Shown piece after piece: positions 50,348 through 53,771 of a stretch of DNA of 53,771 bases. The stretch lies in assembly GCA_020725385.1 (NCBI GenBank), contig DYFC01000033.1, forward strand, positions 1 to 53,771, given 5' to 3'. Each line of letters begins with the position of its first letter. Position 1 is the stretch's first letter. Under the pieces are notes generated by a model. The model did not search any database and was not told where the DNA came from. It saw nothing but the letters and a program-made list of their open reading frames with translations. The translations under genes and the position numbers were made by a program. Source of the stretch: Nitrospira japonica. GTDB lineage: Bacteria > Nitrospirota > Thermodesulfovibrionia > Thermodesulfovibrionales > SM23-35.

Positions 50348-51445
50348 TTATTCCTTCCATCTTAAAGGAAAAGACAATATAAATGTTGTACCCTTGTTTA
50401 ATTCGCTTTTAACATTTATCTCTCCAAGATGCTCATCAACAATCTGTTTTACAAGAGGAAGTCCCATCCCGAAACCCTGTTTTTTTGTACTGAAAAAAGG
50501 TTGAAAAATCTTATCTATAAATTCAGGAGAAATTCCTTCTCCACTATCTGTAATTTCAAAGTAGGCTTTTTCATCATCTTGATATGTTTTTATTGAAATT
50601 TTACCTTCATTATGAATTGCTTCTACTGCATTCTTAAATAATAGAATAATAGCGATTCTTATCAAATTTTTCTCCATATTAATTTTCAAAGGTTGTTCAG
50701 ATATTTCTGTTTTAAGTTTTATATTCTTGTTTTCAACGGATTGAATTGCTGTTCTTACAATTTCATTCAAATCTTCATATATAAATTTTGATTTTTTACT
50801 TTTCAACATTTCATGGAAATCTTTCACAATACTGTCAAGTTTTTCGGTTTCTTGAATAATACATTTAAGATTTTCTGAAATATCAGGAGAAATATTATTC
50901 TTTTCAGATAATTTTTTTGCAATTCTTCCAATAATAATCGCAGGATTTCTTACTTTATCGGCAACAGTCATTGCCATTAAATTCATTGTTCTCTCGGTAA
51001 TTAAAGCTTCTACCTCTCTATTAAATTCTTCAAGCAGACGCCTATAATCTTTTTCCATTTCAATAAATCTTTTGTATTTTACTGCTTTTTCAACAGCATG
51101 AAAAATCTGTTCGGGCTGATAAGGTTTGATTATAAAATCAAAAACCCCCTTCTTTATAGCTTCAACAGTTATATCCAGTTCCGCATAAGCTGTCATAAGT
51201 ATCACGGGTATATCACGGTTTATTTCATGTATTTTTGCAAGAAACTCTATTCCTGAAATTCCGGGCAATTTCACGTCAGTTAGAACAGCATCGAAATTTT
51301 TTTGTTGAAGTATACCAAGTGCATCTTCTGCCTTCTCAAATGCATCAATTACATATCCTTTTCTCTTTAAAATAAGAGAAATAAAACCAAGCACCGATGG
51401 ATCATCATCTACAACGAGTATTTTATAATTTGCATTTGTAATCAT
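50348..51445 (-). CDS. Receiver + histidine-kinase-like protein with the H-box His replaced by Asp
   Basis: REC (DD, D, T, K); ADKVRNP in place of AHExRNP; N, DSGEG, FFSTK and GMGL boxes present. Confidence 0.85.
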   Translation of the reverse strand: MITNANYKILVVDDDPSVLGFISLILKRKGYVIDAFEKAEDALGILQQKNFDAVLTDVKLPGISGIEFLAKIHEINRDIPVILMTAYAELDITVEAIKKGVFDFIIKPYQPEQIFHAVEKAVKYKRFIEMEKDYRRLLEEFNREVEALITERTMNLMAMTVADKVRNPAIIIGRIAKKLSEKNNISPDISENLKCIIQETEKLDSIVKDFHEMLKSKKSKFIYEDLNEIVRTAIQSVENKNIKLKTEISEQPLKINMEKNLIRIAIILLFKNAVEAIHNEGKISIKTYQDDEKAYFEITDSGEGISPEFIDKIFQPFFSTKKQGFGMGLPLVKQIVDEHLGEINVKSELNKGTTFILSFPLRWKE

Positions 51446-51506
51446 TTCAGTAAATTATACCATTTTGCAATATATCCAGAAATTCAATCTAATTGACGTA
51501 AAATTA

Positions 51507-52007
51507 TTAAATTTTCTTCTGCCTTTTTAATTCCCGTATTTTATTAAGGGTATCCAGATATAGCTGCATTTTTGAAGGATTTAATTCTATGGCTTTTAAT
51601 GCAAGTTTTTCAGCTTCATCTAAGTTCTCATTAATAAGAAAATACATCCATGCAAGATTATTATAGGCATCAGAATTAGACGGGTCTTTTTTTATTGCTT
51701 TCTTATAATAATATTCGGCTTCTTTATAATTATGTTTCTGAAAATAGACATTTCCCATATAAAGATATGCAACAGGAAGTTTTTTTGAAGCTGCTTCGTA
51801 TTCCTTAAGTGCGTTATCACTTTCTCCTTTTTTTTCATATGTAACCCCTAAATTCAGATGTTCCTCAGGAGTCAAAGGGTCATCAAGAACAAGGAAACGC
51901 GGAAGAGAACAGGATATAGAAAATATCCCTGAAATAAATAAAAAAGAAATTATTATAAAAATCCAAAAAATATGTTTCTTTGAATTGCAAAAAGCTTTAG
52001 AAATCAT
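51507..52007 (-). CDS. TPR lipoprotein-like protein
   Basis: Hydrophobic stretch ending ISC, DDPLTPEEHLNLG, TPRs, YNNLAW; ATGA overlap with upstream gene. Confidence 0.8.
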   Translation of the reverse strand: MISKAFCNSKKHIFWIFIIISFLFISGIFSISCSLPRFLVLDDPLTPEEHLNLGVTYEKKGESDNALKEYEAASKKLPVAYLYMGNVYFQKHNYKEAEYYYKKAIKKDPSNSDAYNNLAWMYFLINENLDEAEKLALKAIELNPSKMQLYLDTLNKIRELKRQKKI

Positions 52008-52537
52008 TTGGGTACAATTTCCAGCATCCAATATTTAGTTTTTGCCCACTGACTTAAAAATTTTTTTTCAGATATAAACTTATTTTGCTCTTTGCCTGAA
52101 TTCGCAATGATACCTTTTTCATTATATCCTGTTATAACCATAAAGTGATTTTGTTGTATTAAAAAAATACCCGTGTCTATCATAACAATAACAGGAATTT
52201 TATTGTCAATATTTTTCCTAATATCATTTAAACTCCCTATATATTGTCCGGCAGACAAACCTTTTTTCTGCGCAAAAAGGACCATATCAATTGTAAGGGT
52301 ACCTTTTGCAGATTTGCTGTATATTTCACTTGCAATCTCTTCAGGCGATATATTCACACCATAGTAATTTAATACTCCTGCAAGAGACGCGGGCCCGCAT
52401 TGATATTCCTCCTGAGGGAAAAAAGGAACATTTTCTATTAAATGCTCTTTTTTTTGTTCTTCTGTTATTGAATGTAAAGAACAGGATGAAAATAATAGAC
52501 TCAATATTAATAAAACGGTTATATTGATAATTTTCAT
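52004..52537 (-). CDS. C39-like cysteine peptidase lipoprotein (PA2778-like)
   Basis: Lipobox FSSC, VPFFPQEEYQCGPASLA, HFMVITGY; ATG 52537 preferred. Confidence 0.85.
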   Translation of the reverse strand: MKIINITVLLILSLLFSSCSLHSITEEQKKEHLIENVPFFPQEEYQCGPASLAGVLNYYGVNISPEEIASEIYSKSAKGTLTIDMVLFAQKKGLSAGQYIGSLNDIRKNIDNKIPVIVMIDTGIFLIQQNHFMVITGYNEKGIIANSGKEQNKFISEKKFLSQWAKTKYWMLEIVPK

Positions 52538-52764
52538 ATTATTCTCTGAACTATATCTTCTTGTTTGATATTCATAATCAGTGGAAAGTATACCATTAGA
52601 ATACATTATTTTTGAAGGTAATTAGATAGTATCTGTAGTAAAATTGATCGGTATATATAATCCTTTTTGGGCTATATTAATAACTTGAATTTGAGGATTA
52701 TAAAGGCATTGAAATAAGTATAGTATCATATAGTATCTATTTTGATGCTATAATATTTGGGAAT

Positions 52765-53196
52765 ATGGAATACAATTTACTTTCACAAGACTTGGAAAAG
52801 TATGATTTTATTGTATTTGCTATTATTTTTGGTTCCTTTGCTGAAAATAGAGCAATGAGCATAAGTGATATTGATATTGGAATTTACACAAATCGACCTG
52901 TTACTTTATTGGAGATTGGTAAGATAGTAAGCCGTATTGAGAAATTAACTAATACTAAGGTTGATCTAATTGTTCTGAACAACTTATATAAAAAGAAACC
53001 TGTTCTTGCATTTGAGATAGTATCAAAGGGACAACTGATTTTCTGCAGGGATAAGGAGAAATTTATTCAGTTTAAGAAGGATACATTTATATATTATTTA
53101 GATACAGCGCCGTTAAGAAATACTATTGATGAAAGTTTTAAAAAACGTCTTAGAGAGAATCGATTAGGTGAGAGAAACTATGTTAGAACGGATTAA
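52765..53196 (+). CDS. mntA: MNT nucleotidyltransferase antitoxin (type VII TA)
   Basis: FGSFAENRAMSISDIDIG (GSX10DXD), VDLIVLN. Confidence 0.88.
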   Translation: MEYNLLSQDLEKYDFIVFAIIFGSFAENRAMSISDIDIGIYTNRPVTLLEIGKIVSRIEKLTNTKVDLIVLNNLYKKKPVLAFEIVSKGQLIFCRDKEKFIQFKKDTFIYYLDTAPLRNTIDESFKKRLRENRLGERNYVRTD

Positions 53197-53575
53197 ATTA
53201 CTCGAAGAAAACATTAAAGAACTTATAGAATTCAAAAAAAGAACCACACTTGATGATATTCAGAGTGATAAATCTAAAGAATGGGCATTGAGATATGGCT
53301 TTGTCGAAACAATTCAGATAATGATAGATATTGCGTGTCATCTGGTCAGTAAATACAATCTTGGTAATCCCTCCACATATTCAGAATGTATTGAGCTTTT
53401 AGAAAAATATGCATATATCGATGAGAATTTAAGCATCAAACTTATTGGCATGGTTGGTTTAAGGAATATCCTAATTCACGAATATCTGACAATAGAAAAA
53501 AACAAACTATACGATTTGTTAAATAATGTCAGTGACATTCGGGATTTTATTCAAAAAATAAAAGATTTAATCTAA
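53180..53575 (+). CDS. hepT: HEPN RNase toxin (type VII TA)
   Basis: RNILIHEY (RX4HXY); overlaps mntA. Confidence 0.88.
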   Translation: MLERIKLLEENIKELIEFKKRTTLDDIQSDKSKEWALRYGFVETIQIMIDIACHLVSKYNLGNPSTYSECIELLEKYAYIDENLSIKLIGMVGLRNILIHEYLTIEKNKLYDLLNNVSDIRDFIQKIKDLI

Positions 53576-53602
53576 AGGCTATAGAGCGTGAAAAGTTATA
53601 AG

Positions 53603-53771
53603 TTAACCCGAAAAATACATTTGAAGTAATGCAGATGTTGCGAAAAAATTTTTTTTTCGATACCTTAGTGTACATTTAAAGATAATTTACCATTAACTTT
53701 TTTATTCATTACTAATAAATATCTTTTGATATAAAAATCATCGAGTTAAATAAATTTTTGAGCAATGTCTG
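53603..53771. repeat. MITE-like dispersed repeat, copy 2 (right end cut by window edge)
   Basis: Starts ttaacccgaaaaatac (14/16 to the reverse complement of 125..140); atgcagatgttgcgaaaaaattt at 53629 is 19/23 to the reverse complement of 106..128; 92% identical to copy 1. Confidence 0.8.

Noticed and set aside
593-52527. Many short antisense or alternate-frame ORFs in the track (e.g. 21034..21585, 26454..26957, 9597..10037, 12330..12515)
   Set aside because: They shadow well-supported genes and have no motifs or start signals.
1-53771. Circular element (plasmid or phage) or composite transposon suggested by similar ends
   Set aside because: The ends are only 92% identical and are not a terminal overlap. 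The exact match is the last 55 nt (53717..53771 = 71..125), as expected for an assembly break at a repeat. The content is core chromosomal, with no rep, phage or transposase genes.
1-53771. CRISPR array or rRNA
   Set aside because: No regularly spaced repeats, cas genes or rRNA-like sequence seen.

Overview
AT-rich bacterial chromosomal segment. Gene content and protein style suggest Nitrospirota/Thermodesulfovibrionia; this is an inference, not a database result. It carries housekeeping genes (mtnA, moaC, rarA, mutS2, dapB, recO, era, rlmN), tRNA-Leu(CAG), tRNA-Gly(CCC), a split Mg2+-transport pair and an approximately 19 kb sigma54-controlled flagellar region (flgBC-fliEFGHIJ-motE, fliK-flgDE, FleQ/FleSR-like regulators, motAB, HD-GYP). 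It also has an inositol-lipid operon headed by an IS1-like DNA-binding ORF, an ADP-forming acyl-CoA ligase/DRTGG pair, and an MNT-HEPN toxin-antitoxin pair. The most unusual feature is a 571-aa exported protein with an internal IPTL-CTERM-like sorting signal followed immediately by a second signal peptide. This two-helix insert joins the halves of a circularly permuted DOMON/CBM9-like domain, suggesting exosortase/signal-peptidase processing or splicing. Both window ends lie in copies of a MITE-like repeat with TTAA termini, and two decayed ends of it lie internally. Many genes look leaderless, including two behind sigma54 promoters.
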